The position numbers and the translations under genes were made by a program. From the UHGV virus genome UHGV-0142298: a DNA stretch of 37,340 bases; one strand, 5' to 3'. The notes under the pieces are model-generated. The model did not search any database, had not been told where the DNA came from, and saw only the letters and a list, made by a program, of their open reading frames with translations. This DNA is from a virus. Positions 27,486 to 37,340 of the stretch are shown here, in pieces; positions within the stretch are counted from its first letter, which is position 1; the number at the start of each line of letters is the position of its first letter.

Positions 27486-28030
27486 AAACGGGGTCCGAAG
27501 CCATCCGGGCGCTGGCCATGCAGATCCCGGCGTTTCGTCAGAAACTGAGCGACGGCTGGTACCAGGTACGCATTGCCGGGCGTGATGCCGGTGAAACCGA
27601 ATTGTCTGCCCGTCTTAATGAGCCGCTGGCAAATGGTGCCGTGATCCACATCGTGCCGCGTCTGGCGGGAGCTAAAAGTGGCGGTGTGTTTCAGGTGGTG
27701 CTGGGGGCGGCGCTGATTGCGGTGGCATGGTGGAACCCTGTGGGCTGGCTGGGAGCCGCGGCTGTATCGGGTATGTATGCGGCAGGGGCCAGTATGATCC
27801 TGGGCGGAGTGGCGCAGATGCTGGCACCGAAAGCCAGGACGCCCACGGCAGCAAGTACAGATAACGGCAAACAGAACACCTATTTCTCCTCACTGGATAA
27901 CATGGTTGCCCAGGGCAATGTTCTGCCGGTTCTGTACGGTGAAATGCGCGTGGGGTCACGCGTGGTTTCTCAGGAGATCAGCACGGCAGACGAAGGGGAT
28001 GGTGGTCAGGTTGTGGTGATTGGTCGCTGA
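27383..28030 (+). CDS. Tail assembly protein I
   Basis: N- and C-termini almost identical to remembered lambda gpI (MAATHTLPLASPGMARICLYGDLQRFGRRIDLRVKTG...QNTYFSSLDNMVAQGNVLPVLYGEMRVGSRVVSQEISTADEGDGGQVVVIGR). Confidence 0.85.
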   Translation: MAATHTLPLASPGMARICLYGDLQRFGRRIDLRVKTGSEAIRALAMQIPAFRQKLSDGWYQVRIAGRDAGETELSARLNEPLANGAVIHIVPRLAGAKSGGVFQVVLGAALIAVAWWNPVGWLGAAAVSGMYAAGASMILGGVAQMLAPKARTPTAASTDNGKQNTYFSSLDNMVAQGNVLPVLYGEMRVGSRVVSQEISTADEGDGGQVVVIGR

Positions 28031-28090
28031 TGAAAAACGTTTTATGTGAAACCGCCTCCGGGCGGTTTTGTCGTTTATGGAGCGTTAGGA

Positions 28091-31000
28091 ATGGGTAAAG
28101 GCAGCAGTAAGGGGCATACTCCGCGCGAAGCGAAGGACAACCTGAAGTCCACGCAGTTGCTGAGTGTGATCGATGCCATCAGCGAAGGGCCGGTTGAAGG
28201 TCCGGTAGATGGATTAAAAAGCGTGCTGCTGAACAGTACGCCAGTGCTGGACATTGAGGGGAATACCAACATCTCCGGCGTCACGGTGGTGTTCCGGGCC
28301 GGTGAGCAGGAGCAAACACCGCCGGAGGGATTTGAATCCTCCGGCTCCGAGACGGTGCTGGGTACGGAAGTGAAATACGACACGCCGATCACCCGGACCA
28401 TCACGTCGGCAAACATTGACCGACTGCGTTTTACCTTCGGCGTGCAGGCACTGGTGGAAACCACCTCAAAGGGGGACAGGAATCCGTCGGAAGTCCGCCT
28501 GCTGGTTCAGATACAACGTAACGGTGGCTGGGTGACGGAAAAAGACATCACCATTAAAGGCAAAACCACCTCACAGTATCTGGCCTCGGTGGTGGTGGGT
28601 AACCTGCCGCCGCGCCCGTTCAATATCCGGATGCGCAGGATGACGCCGGACAGCACCACAGACCAACTGCAGAACAAAACGCTCTGGTCGTCATACACCG
28701 AAATCATCGATGTGAAACAGTGCTACCCGAACACGGCACTGGTCGGCGTACAGGTGGACTCGGAGCAGTTCGGCAGCCAGCAGGTGAGCCGTAATTATCA
28801 TCTTCGCGGGCGCATTCTGCAGGTGCCGTCGAACTATAACCCGCAGACGCGGCAATACAGCGGTATCTGGGACGGAACGTTTAAGCCAGCATACAGCAAC
28901 AACATGGCCTGGTGTCTGTGGGATATGCTGACCCATCCGCGCTACGGCATGGGGAAACGTCTTGGTGCGGCAGATGTGGATAAATGGGCGCTGTATGTCA
29001 TCGGCCAGAATTGCGACCAGTCAGTGCCGGACGGCTTTGGCGGCACGGAGCCGCGCATCACCTGTAATGCGTACCTGACCACACAGCGCAAGGCGTGGGA
29101 TGTGCTCAGTGATTTTTGCTCGGCGATGCGCTGTATGCCGGTATGGAACGGGCAGACGCTGACATTCGTGCAGGACCGACCGTCGGATAAGGTGTGGACC
29201 TATAACCGCAGTAATGTGGTGATGCCGGATGATGGCGCGCCGTTCCGCTACAGCTTCAGCGCCCTGAAAGACCGCCATAATGCCGTTGAGGTGAACTGGA
29301 TTGACCCGGATAACGGCTGGGAGACGGCGACAGAGCTTGTGGAGGACACGCAGGCCATTGCCCGTTACGGTCGTAACGTCACGAAGATGGATGCCTTTGG
29401 CTGTACCAGCCGGGGGCAGGCACACCGCGCCGGGCTGTGGCTGATTAAAACGGAGCTGCTGGAAACGCAGACCGTGGACTTCAGCGTGGGTGCAGAAGGG
29501 CTTCGCCATGTACCGGGCGATGTCATTGAAATCTGTGATGATGACTATGCCGGTATCAGCATCGGTGGTCGCGTGCTGGCGGTGAACAGCCAGACCCGGA
29601 CGCTGACGCTCGACCGTGAAATCACGCTGCCATCCTCCGGTACCACGCTGATAAGCCTGGTTGACGGAAGTGGCAATCCGGTCAGCGTGGAGGTTCAGTC
29701 CGTCACCGACGGCGTGAAGGTAAAAGTGAGCCGTGTTCCTGACGGTGTTGCTGAATACAGCGTATGGGGGCTGAAGCTGCCGACGCTGCGCCAGCGTCTG
29801 TTCCGCTGTGTGAGTATCCGTGAGAACGATGACGGTACGTATGCCATCACTGCCGTGCAGCATGTACCGGAGAAAGAAGCCATCGTGGATAACGGGGCGC
29901 ACTTTGACGGTGACCAGAGCGGCACGGTGAATGGTGTCACGCCGCCAGCAGTGCAGCACCTGACCGCAGAAGTCACTGCAGACAGCGGGGAATATCAGGT
30001 GCTGGCGCGATGGGACACACCGAAGGTGGTGAAGGGCGTGAGCTTCCTGCTTCGCCTGACCGTGGCAGCGGATGACGGCAGTGAGCGGCTGGTCAGCACG
30101 GCCCGGACGACGGAAACCACATACCGCTTCAGGCAACTGGCGCTGGGGAACTACAGGCTGACAGTCCGGGCGGTAAATGCGTGGGGGCAGCAGGGCGATC
30201 CGGCATCGGTATCGTTCCGGATTGCCGCACCGGCAGCGCCGTCGCAGATTGAGCTGACACCGGGGTATTTTCAGATAACCGCCACGCCGCATCTTGCGGT
30301 TTATGATCCGACGGTACAGTTTGAGTTCTGGTTCTCGGAAAAACGGATTGCTGATATCAGGCAGGTTGAAACCAGCGCGCGTTATCTTGGTACGGCGCTG
30401 TACTGGATAGCCGCCAGTATCAATATCAAACCGGGTCGTGATTATTACTTTTATATCCGCAGTGTGAACACCGTCGGCAAATCGGCATTCGTGGAGGCTG
30501 TTGGTCGGGCGAGCGATGATGCGGAAGGTTACCTGGATTTTTTCAAAGGCCAGATAACCGAATCCCATCTCGGCAAGGAGCTGCTGGAAAAAGTCGAGCT
30601 GACGGAGGATAACGCCAGCAGACTGGAGGAGTTTTCGAAAGAGTGGAAGGACGCCAGTGATAAGTGGAATGCCATGTGGGGCGTCAAAATTGAGCAGACC
30701 AAAGACGGCAAACATTATGTCGCGGGTATTGGCCTCAGTATGGAGGATACAGAGGAAGGCAAACTGAGTCAGTTTCTGGTTGCCGCCAATCGTATCGCGT
30801 TTATTGACCCGGCAAACGGGAATGAAACGCCGATGTTTGTGGCGCAGGGCAACCAGATATTCATGAACGACGTGTTCCTGAAACGCCTGACGGCCCCCAC
30901 CATTACCAGCGGCGGTAATCCTCCGGCATTTTCCCTGACACCGGATGGGCGGCTGACGGCGAAAAATGCCGATATCAGCGGTAACGTGAATGCGAACTCC

Positions 31001-31486
31001 GGGACGCTCAACAACGTCACGATTAACGAGAACTGTCGGGTTCTGGGAAAACTGTCCGCGAACCAGATTGAAGGCGATCTCGTTAAAACAGTGGGCAAAG
31101 CTTTCCCCCGGGACTCCCGTGCACCGGAGCGGTGGCCATCAGGGACCATTACCGTCAGGGTTTATGACGATCAGCCGTTTGACCGGCAGATTGTTATTCC
31201 GGCGGTGGCATTCAGCGGCGCTAAACATGAGAGAGAGCATACTGATATTTACTCCTCATGCCGTCTGATAGTGCGGAAAAACGGTGCTGAAATTTATAAC
31301 CGTACCGCGCTGGATAATACGCTGATTTACAGTGGCGTTATTGATATGCCTGCCGGTCACGGTCACATGACGCTGGAGTTTTCGGTGTCAGCATGGCTGG
31401 TAAATGACTGGTATCCCACAGCAAGTATCAGCGATTTGCTGGTTGTGGTGATGAAGAAAGCCACCGCAGGCATCAGTATCAGCTGA
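28091..31486 (+). CDS. Host specificity / central tail fibre protein J
   Basis: About 1130 aa, N-terminus [24 protein letters not shown] as lambda J; followed by a terminator. Confidence 0.9.
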   Translation: MGKGSSKGHTPREAKDNLKSTQLLSVIDAISEGPVEGPVDGLKSVLLNSTPVLDIEGNTNISGVTVVFRAGEQEQTPPEGFESSGSETVLGTEVKYDTPITRTITSANIDRLRFTFGVQALVETTSKGDRNPSEVRLLVQIQRNGGWVTEKDITIKGKTTSQYLASVVVGNLPPRPFNIRMRRMTPDSTTDQLQNKTLWSSYTEIIDVKQCYPNTALVGVQVDSEQFGSQQVSRNYHLRGRILQVPSNYNPQTRQYSGIWDGTFKPAYSNNMAWCLWDMLTHPRYGMGKRLGAADVDKWALYVIGQNCDQSVPDGFGGTEPRITCNAYLTTQRKAWDVLSDFCSAMRCMPVWNGQTLTFVQDRPSDKVWTYNRSNVVMPDDGAPFRYSFSALKDRHNAVEVNWIDPDNGWETATELVEDTQAIARYGRNVTKMDAFGCTSRGQAHRAGLWLIKTELLETQTVDFSVGAEGLRHVPGDVIEICDDDYAGISIGGRVLAVNSQTRTLTLDREITLPSSGTTLISLVDGSGNPVSVEVQSVTDGVKVKVSRVPDGVAEYSVWGLKLPTLRQRLFRCVSIRENDDGTYAITAVQHVPEKEAIVDNGAHFDGDQSGTVNGVTPPAVQHLTAEVTADSGEYQVLARWDTPKVVKGVSFLLRLTVAADDGSERLVSTARTTETTYRFRQLALGNYRLTVRAVNAWGQQGDPASVSFRIAAPAAPSQIELTPGYFQITATPHLAVYDPTVQFEFWFSEKRIADIRQVETSARYLGTALYWIAASINIKPGRDYYFYIRSVNTVGKSAFVEAVGRASDDAEGYLDFFKGQITESHLGKELLEKVELTEDNASRLEEFSKEWKDASDKWNAMWGVKIEQTKDGKHYVAGIGLSMEDTEEGKLSQFLVAANRIAFIDPANGNETPMFVAQGNQIFMNDVFLKRLTAPTITSGGNPPAFSLTPDGRLTAKNADISGNVNANSGTLNNVTINENCRVLGKLSANQIEGDLVKTVGKAFPRDSRAPERWPSGTITVRVYDDQPFDRQIVIPAVAFSGAKHEREHTDIYSSCRLIVRKNGAEIYNRTALDNTLIYSGVIDMPAGHGHMTLEFSVSAWLVNDWYPTASISDLLVVVMKKATAGISIS

Positions 31487-31504
31487 ATTTTATAACCCAT
31501 ATAC

Positions 31505-31532
31505 GGGCGCCAGAAATGGCGCCTTTTTTATT
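31505..31532 (+). terminator. Intrinsic terminator after J
   Basis: GGGCGCC-AGAAAT-GGCGCC hairpin plus TTTTTT. Confidence 0.65.
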
Positions 31533-31553
31533 GCAGAAAAGCGAGAGGTAATT

Positions 31554-32153
31554 ATGCGTAAAGTTTGTGCAGCCATTTTGTCCGCAGCCATCTGTCTGTC
31601 CGTATCCGGTGCGCCTGCATGGGCATCTGAACATCAGTCCACGCTGAGCGCGGGGTATCTTCATGCCTCGACGAACGTTCCCGGCAGCGATGATCTTAAC
31701 GGGATTAACGTGAAATACCGTTATGAGTTTACGGACACACTGGGGCTGGTGACGTCATTCAGCTATGCAGGAGACAAGAATCGCCAGCTTACCCGTTACA
31801 GCAATACCCGCTGGCATGAAGATTCCGTGCGTAACCGCTGGTTCAGCGTGATGGTGGGGCCGTCTGTGCGCGTGAATGAATGGTTCAGCGCGTATGCGAT
31901 GGCGGGTATGGCTTACAGCCGTGTGTCGACTTTTTCCGGGGATTATCTCCGCGTAACTGACAATAAGGGGAAAACGCACGATGTGCTGACCGGAAGTGAT
32001 GACGGTCGCCACAGCAACACGTCTCTGGCGTGGGGAGCTGGCGTGCAGTTTAACCCGACCGAATCCGTGGCCATTGATATTGCTTATGAAGGCTCCGGCA
32101 GTGGTGACTGGCGCACTGACGGTTTCATCGTGGGTGTCGGTTATAAATTCTGA
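31554..32153 (+). CDS. lom: Lom/Ail-family outer membrane beta-barrel protein
   Basis: 199 aa with signal peptide, alternating-residue beta-strands, C-terminal GYKF; position after J as in lambda. Confidence 0.85.
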
Positions 32154-32178
32154 TTAGCCAGGTAACACAGTGTTATGA

Positions 32179-32207
32179 CAGCCCGCCGGTTCAGGCGGGC
32201 TTTTTTG
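32179..32207 (+). terminator. Intrinsic terminator after lom
   Basis: GCCCGCC-GGTTCAG-GCGGGC hairpin plus TTTTTT. Confidence 0.65.
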
Positions 32208-32217
32208 TGGAGTGGAT

Positions 32218-34623
32218 ATGGCAGCAGTAAAAATCTCAGGTGTGCTGAAAGATGGTGCGGGAAAACCAATACAGAACTGCACTATTCAACTGAAGGCAAA
32301 GCGTAACAGCACCACGGTACTGGTGAACACGGTGGCTTCTGAAAATCCGGATGAAGCCGGACGTTACAGCATGGATGTTGAGTATGGCCAGTACAGCGTC
32401 ACCCTGCTGGTTGAAGGTTTTCCGCCTTCACATGCCGGGACCATTACCGTCTATGAAGGCTCCAGACCAGGTACGCTGAATGATTTTCTCGGTGCCATGA
32501 CGGAAGATGATGTCATGCCGGAGGCATTGCGTCGTTTTGAGGCAATGGTGGAAGAAGTGGCACGCAACGCCGAAGCCGCCTCTCAGAGCGCAGCGGCGGC
32601 AAAGAAATCCGAAACTGCAGCGGCATCATCAAAGAACGCGGCGAAAACCTCAGAAACGAATGCAGCTAATAGTGCACAGGCGGCAGCGACCTCAAAGACT
32701 GCATCGGCAAACTCCGCGACAGCAGCCAAAAAATCAGAAACCAACGCGAAAAATAGCGAGACAGCCGCAAAGACGAGCGAAACCAACGCAAAGTCCAGCC
32801 AGACGGCAGCGAAAACCAGCGAAACGAATGCCAAAGCCAGTGAAACTGCGGCAAAAAACAGCCAGGTTGCAGCAGCCCAAAGCGAGAGCGCGGCAGCCGG
32901 TTCTGCGACTTCAGCAGCTGGATCAGCAACTGCTGCGGCTAACAGCCAGAAAGCTGCGAAGACGAGTGAAACTAACGCAAAGTCCAGCCAGACGGCAGCG
33001 AAGACCAGCGAAACGAATGCCAAAGCCAGTGAAACTGCGGCGAAAAGCAGTCAGGATGCAGCGGCCCAAAGCGAGAGTGCCGCAGCCAGTTCTGCAAGCG
33101 CGGCGGCTGCTTCTGCCACTGCATCAGCTAACAGTCAAAAAGCAGCAAAAACCAGTGAAACCAACGCAAAGGCGAGCGAGACTGCGGCGGCGAACTCGGC
33201 GCAAGCATCGGCAGCAAGCCAGACAGCAGCTAAAGCAAGTGAAGACGCAGCCAGAGAGTATGCAAGCCAGGCAGCGGAGCCGTATAAACAAGTTTTGCAG
33301 CCGTTGCCCGATGTGTGGATACCGTTTAATGATTCACTGGATATGATTACGGGCTTTTCGCCATCATATAAAAAAATTGTTATTGGCGACGATGAAATAA
33401 CAATGCCTGGCGACAAGATTGTAAAGTTTAAACGCGCATCGAAAGCAACTTACATTAATAAATCTGGTGTGCTGACAGAGGCTGCCATTGACGAGCCACG
33501 ATTTGAACGTGATGGCCTGCTTATTGAGGGGCAAAGAACTAACCTGCTAATCAATTCAACAAATCCGACTAAATGGAACAAGTCGTCAAATATGATCTTA
33601 AGTGCATCAGGTGTAGATGATTTCGGATTCCAGTACGCAAAATTTACATTAAAACCAGAAATGGTAGGGCAAATTTCAGCGATTAACATAGTAACCGTTT
33701 CCGGCAGTAAAGGTTTTGATGTAACAGGCGGAGAAAAGTATGTAACCATATCATGCAGGGTGCAAAGTGGCACTCCAAATTTAAGATGCCGATTACGATT
33801 TGAAAACTATGATGGTTCTACCTACACATTCTTAGGTGACGCTTACTTAAATACGACAGATTTATCTATTGATAAGACGGGTGGTGCCGCTAATCGCATT
33901 ACTGCAAGGGCTGTTAAAGATGAAGCAAGCAAATGGATCTTTTTTGAGGCGACAATTAAGGCACTTGATACAGAAAATATGATAGGTGGAATGGTTCAGT
34001 ATGCCCCGGCAAAAGGAGTGGGCACTGGCGCGGATGATTATATTTATATTGCGACCCCTCAAGTTGAAGGTGGGGCGTGCGCTTCATCGTTTATTATAAC
34101 AGGCGCATCCCCTGTAACACGCGCCAGCGATATTGTAACGGTCCCCATTTCTCTAAATTGGTGCAATCCCGCTATTAGTTCATTAGCAGAAGTTAATACC
34201 AATTGGGATGAATCGCCAAACAAAGAAGGTAGCGCACGTATTCTTAATATTTCCACTACGGGAGATACAACTGAAATTGCAGATGAAAGTTATATGTATT
34301 TGGGGTATACATCTTTGGGAGCACGCGCAATCATTACAAATGGTAAAGGCACTAAAATAGAATATAAAAGCGTTATAGAACGACCAGAGAGAAAAAGTAT
34401 TATCGGCTTTAGATTCACAGAAAGTCGAGAATTGTGTGTTGTGGTTAACGGTAATATTGGTGCTAAGGTAGTTTCTCCTTATAAAAAACACAAATATACA
34501 GGAGGCTTCATTAATATTGGTGGTCAATCATCATCCGGCAACCGTCACCTATTTGGACACGTTCGAAATCTGCGTATTTGGCACAAGGCATTGACTGATG
34601 CTCAGATGGGGGAGTCAATCTAA
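32218..34623 (+). CDS. stf: Side tail fibre protein (Stf-like) with internal repeats and a divergent AT-rich C-terminal receptor-binding region
   Basis: N-terminus MAAVKISGVLKDGAGKPIQNCTIQLKAKRNSTT matches lambda Stf; middle part is imperfect AAKTSETNAKASETAAK repeats; base composition drops sharply from about 33300. Confidence 0.8.
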   Translation: MAAVKISGVLKDGAGKPIQNCTIQLKAKRNSTTVLVNTVASENPDEAGRYSMDVEYGQYSVTLLVEGFPPSHAGTITVYEGSRPGTLNDFLGAMTEDDVMPEALRRFEAMVEEVARNAEAASQSAAAAKKSETAAASSKNAAKTSETNAANSAQAAATSKTASANSATAAKKSETNAKNSETAAKTSETNAKSSQTAAKTSETNAKASETAAKNSQVAAAQSESAAAGSATSAAGSATAAANSQKAAKTSETNAKSSQTAAKTSETNAKASETAAKSSQDAAAQSESAAASSASAAAASATASANSQKAAKTSETNAKASETAAANSAQASAASQTAAKASEDAAREYASQAAEPYKQVLQPLPDVWIPFNDSLDMITGFSPSYKKIVIGDDEITMPGDKIVKFKRASKATYINKSGVLTEAAIDEPRFERDGLLIEGQRTNLLINSTNPTKWNKSSNMILSASGVDDFGFQYAKFTLKPEMVGQISAINIVTVSGSKGFDVTGGEKYVTISCRVQSGTPNLRCRLRFENYDGSTYTFLGDAYLNTTDLSIDKTGGAANRITARAVKDEASKWIFFEATIKALDTENMIGGMVQYAPAKGVGTGADDYIYIATPQVEGGACASSFIITGASPVTRASDIVTVPISLNWCNPAISSLAEVNTNWDESPNKEGSARILNISTTGDTTEIADESYMYLGYTSLGARAIITNGKGTKIEYKSVIERPERKSIIGFRFTESRELCVVVNGNIGAKVVSPYKKHKYTGGFINIGGQSSSGNRHLFGHVRNLRIWHKALTDAQMGESI
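32560..33250 (+). repeat. Imperfect tandem and long direct repeats inside stf
   Basis: About 150-bp near-identical direct repeats (roughly 32770-32920 and 32950-33100) built from shorter repeat units. Confidence 0.7.
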
Positions 34624-34904
34624 TGAAAGATTTAACACTCAAATTTGCCGACAGGGCCGACTTTTCGGCCTTTATGGGAAGTATTGGCTATTATAATGAC
34701 GAGTCGATGCAGGATGATATTCTGATTGATGTGATAGGTAACGTGTACAAAGAAACCGGAGAGCTGACTGAAGATGGCGAACCGGTATGTGTTAAGGAAG
34801 ATGGATATTTTGTAAACGTGCGCATCATTAAGGATACGCAAATATCGTCATTATTCGATGAATACGCGGTTGCTGTTGAGCATCAACTTCGTGGCTGGAT
34901 GTGA
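34623..34904 (+). CDS. Hypothetical small protein coupled to stf (possible fibre chaperone)
   Basis: 93-aa ORF whose ATG overlaps the stf stop (TAATG); acidic; does not resemble lambda Tfa. Confidence 0.4.
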   Translation: MKDLTLKFADRADFSAFMGSIGYYNDESMQDDILIDVIGNVYKETGELTEDGEPVCVKEDGYFVNVRIIKDTQISSLFDEYAVAVEHQLRGWM

Positions 34905-34913
34905 GGTAGAGAA

Positions 34914-35618
34914 ATGGCTACATCAACAGTAATTCCGGGAGACATCACCACGCTGAAGGGAGATGTTAGTAAAGCAAAGGAAGATATTTCCTCTATTAAC
35001 GGAAAAGTATCAACGCTTCAGACTGATATGGCCAGTGCAAAGCAGGATATCAGCACCAGATACACAAAAACTGAAGTTGATAATAAGCTGAAAAACAAAG
35101 TGGAAGTGAACGATCTGGAAAGTGGTCGTTATGGCGGAGATTTTTACCCGCTGACTGGCCGTGAAGCGTTTTATTTATGGGGATTGGGCACAACTACAGC
35201 GGCGGCAAATCTTTATCTTAATCCTGACCCTGCAATTTCGTCTGTGCTGCGGTCAACATCGTCTATCCGCTATAAACATTCAGTAGAGACGATAGATTCA
35301 GAGCACGCCGATCTCATTTTCAGGATGCGCCCTGTGTGGTACAGGTCGCAATGCGAAAATGACAGGCGTGACTGGGGATTCTATGGATTGATTGCCGAGG
35401 AAGTTGGAGAAATTGCCCCTCAGTTTGTTCACTGGCGACCAGCCAACGAAGATGATGCACCGGAAACCATTTCCAGCAATGGCCTTGTTGCCGAAGGTGT
35501 AATGTACGAACGTCTGGTTGTTCCACTGATTCACCATATCCAGAAGCTGACTGAAAGAGTTGATGAACTTGAGTCAGAATTAAAGTTGTTATCCGTTTCC
35601 CGAAGCGATATCGGATAA
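34914..35618 (+). CDS. Fibre-like protein with C-terminal intramolecular chaperone domain (peptidase S74-like)
   Basis: N-terminal coiled-coil; C-terminal segment SSIRYKHSV...WGFYGLIAEEVGEIAPQFV...YERLVVPLIHHIQKLTERVDELESELKLL fits the S-D-x-R-x-K ... IAQEV ... LLIEAIKEL pattern of auto-cleaving fibre chaperone domains. Confidence 0.55.
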   Translation: MATSTVIPGDITTLKGDVSKAKEDISSINGKVSTLQTDMASAKQDISTRYTKTEVDNKLKNKVEVNDLESGRYGGDFYPLTGREAFYLWGLGTTTAAANLYLNPDPAISSVLRSTSSIRYKHSVETIDSEHADLIFRMRPVWYRSQCENDRRDWGFYGLIAEEVGEIAPQFVHWRPANEDDAPETISSNGLVAEGVMYERLVVPLIHHIQKLTERVDELESELKLLSVSRSDIG

Positions 35619-35628
35619 AGGAGGCGTA

Positions 35629-35922
35629 ATGGATATAACACCTTTCCTTCATGCACTTTGTGCTGTGGCTGCGCAGGTACTGGTTGGTCTTTTTACCGGA
35701 AACTGGGCTTACGGGGCGATAGCTGGTTGTACGTTCTTCATTGCGCGTGAACATACCCAGGCAGAATATCGCTGGATTGAAATGTTCGGGCATGGCAAGC
35801 GAATGAATATGCCGTGGTGGGGCGGTTTTGATCCGCGAGCTTGGGATGTGGCAAGCCTGATGGATTTTGCTGTGCCGGTGGTGGCGTGTCTGCTGGTCTG
35901 GCTGTTGGTTAATCGTGGGTGA
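35629..35922 (+). CDS. Small predicted membrane protein
   Basis: 97 aa with hydrophobic segments at both ends; RBS GGAGG upstream. Confidence 0.35.
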   Translation: MDITPFLHALCAVAAQVLVGLFTGNWAYGAIAGCTFFIAREHTQAEYRWIEMFGHGKRMNMPWWGGFDPRAWDVASLMDFAVPVVACLLVWLLVNRG

Positions 35923-36149
35923 AAAAAGGTGAGCTGTATATGCAACGGAGGAAGAAACCTCGTTGCGGGAAGCCTTGAAGAAGTATCGGGTGTTGCTGAA
36001 CCGTGTTGATACGTCAACTGCACAGGATATTGAATGGCCAGCACTGCCGTAGGGTAAAACATATAAATTCTATAATTAGATGTATCTTTCCATTTACGGC
36101 AAGGAAGGGGGCTTGGAAGACGTAAGGCATCTCACACCGAGATTATTTT

Positions 36150-36740
36150 TTATATGTCAGGTGTCTGAAGTTTTGCTTTGGCTCTTAAAATGGTTTGCCG
36201 CGAGGTTTTGAATTCCCGGGCAATGGCACTTATACTTACACCTGACTTAATCCGTTCGAATACCACCTGTTTCTGTTCTTCATTTAACACAGGTGGTCGA
36301 CCAAAACGTTTCCCTGCGCCCCGGGCTCTTACTATCCCGGAATGAGTGCGTTCAAGTAAAAGGTCTCGTTCAAATTCAGCGACTGCTGAAATTACTTGCA
36401 TCATCATTTTTCCTGTTGGACTGGTCAGGTCAATGCCCCCCAATGCTAAGCAATGCACTCTGATACCTGTTTCGGTCAGTTGTTCCACTGTTTTCCTGAT
36501 ATCCATTGCATTACAACCAAGGCGATCCAGTTTTGTCACAATCAATTGATCACCACATTTCAGGCGAGCAAGCAACCGGTTAAAACCAGGACGCTCACTG
36601 GTTGCTGCTGAGCCGCTAATGTGTTCTTCGATTATTTGCTGAGGTTTGATTTTAAAACCTGCACTTTCGATTTCCCGGCGTTGATTTTCGGTGGTCTGAT
36701 CCAGCGTTGATATCCGACAGTAAGCAAAAATTCGAGACAT
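36150..36740 (-). CDS. Serine recombinase (DNA invertase/resolvase family)
   Basis: N-terminal catalytic motif ([12 protein letters not shown]), central conserved block, C-terminal HTH; 196 aa, typical invertase size. Confidence 0.8.
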
Positions 36741-37056
36741 AGTGAGACTCTATACGAAATTGGTGTTCATATCATAATGCATCTCAGAAAATAATTTTGA
36801 TTATTTTTGTGCATGTTTGTATGTACACGTTCGAAAATAAACGAATGCGTATGCAACCCCGTAATTTTGGTGAGACCCAAAATCGATTTTGTGAAAAATG
36901 GCTTTAACTCGGTTTGTTTTTCGAGTTCCGGGCGGACTCAAGGAAGAAGAATAGTGTTGCGTGTTATTTTAACCAGATTTCAAGTTGTTTGGTCGTGGAA
37001 AAGTGGAGCAAAATGTTGTTAAAGTGGAAAAATGATAAAAAAGTAAGTTTATTATA

Positions 37057-37323
37057 TTACATTTTACCATTTAAATTTTGGTTGTCTTTAAGAACTGATA
37101 TCGCTGTTTGTAATAATTCTTTGTTATCCAGCCATGATTTTTTCTTTATGTTTCCTTCAATGTAATCAAGCAATGTTCTGGTATTGATAGGTCTTCCCTG
37201 TTTTGCTACTTCCACTACAGCATCCCCTAGGATAATTCTGACTTCAGGAAGCTGCGCAGGGAACCACTTTAGGGTGTCTTTTGATTTCATGAATATATTC
37301 CTTAAAATATTATTGATTTTCAT
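37057..37323 (-). CDS. Hypothetical small protein upstream of the invertase
   Basis: 88-aa minus-strand ORF (alternative start about 37290) separated from the invertase by a 316-bp AT-rich gap. Confidence 0.3.
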   Translation of the reverse strand: MKINNILRNIFMKSKDTLKWFPAQLPEVRIILGDAVVEVAKQGRPINTRTLLDYIEGNIKKKSWLDNKELLQTAISVLKDNQNLNGKM

Positions 37324-37340
37324 TGCGATATTGTATGTCT

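Noticed and set aside
29021-30715. 564-aa minus-strand ORF
   Set aside because: Lies entirely antisense to the J gene in GC-rich DNA; Arg/Pro/His-rich, low-complexity translation typical of spurious antisense frames.
32507-33346. 279-aa Arg/Gln/Lys-rich ORF in an alternative plus frame of stf, and minus ORFs 32583-33023
   Set aside because: By-product of the stf repeat region being open in several frames; the stf frame matches the lambda Stf N-terminus.

Overview
This window is the replication-to-tail-fibre arm of a lambdoid (lambda/Qin-like) enterobacterial prophage, with almost all genes on the + strand. All calls are from reading the ORF translations and DNA by eye; no database search was run, so family names rest on recalled motifs. 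In order: a replication initiator with internal iteron clusters (44-1120); an AT-rich cargo island with a KTSC-like gene and a hok-family toxin (1600-3330); a terminator-flanked two-gene cassette of an unknown protein plus an HTH-XRE/ImmA-type metallopeptidase (3402-5158), which is the best candidate for an undescribed defence or abortive-infection module; a GC-rich region with an ambiguous Cys/His-rich ORF (5265-6153); two cargo genes in the position Stx genes occupy in Stx phages (a DUF523/DUF1722-like protein and an AraC-family regulator); a pinholin/SAR-endolysin/nested-spanin lysis cassette with an extra gene inserted; cspI-like and gns-like small genes; a probable cos site; and a lambda-like packaging, head and tail module from terminase through J, lom and a mosaic side tail fibre. 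The right end carries a fibre-associated module with a chaperone-type C-terminal domain and a minus-strand serine invertase. No rRNA, tRNA or CRISPR array was recognised.
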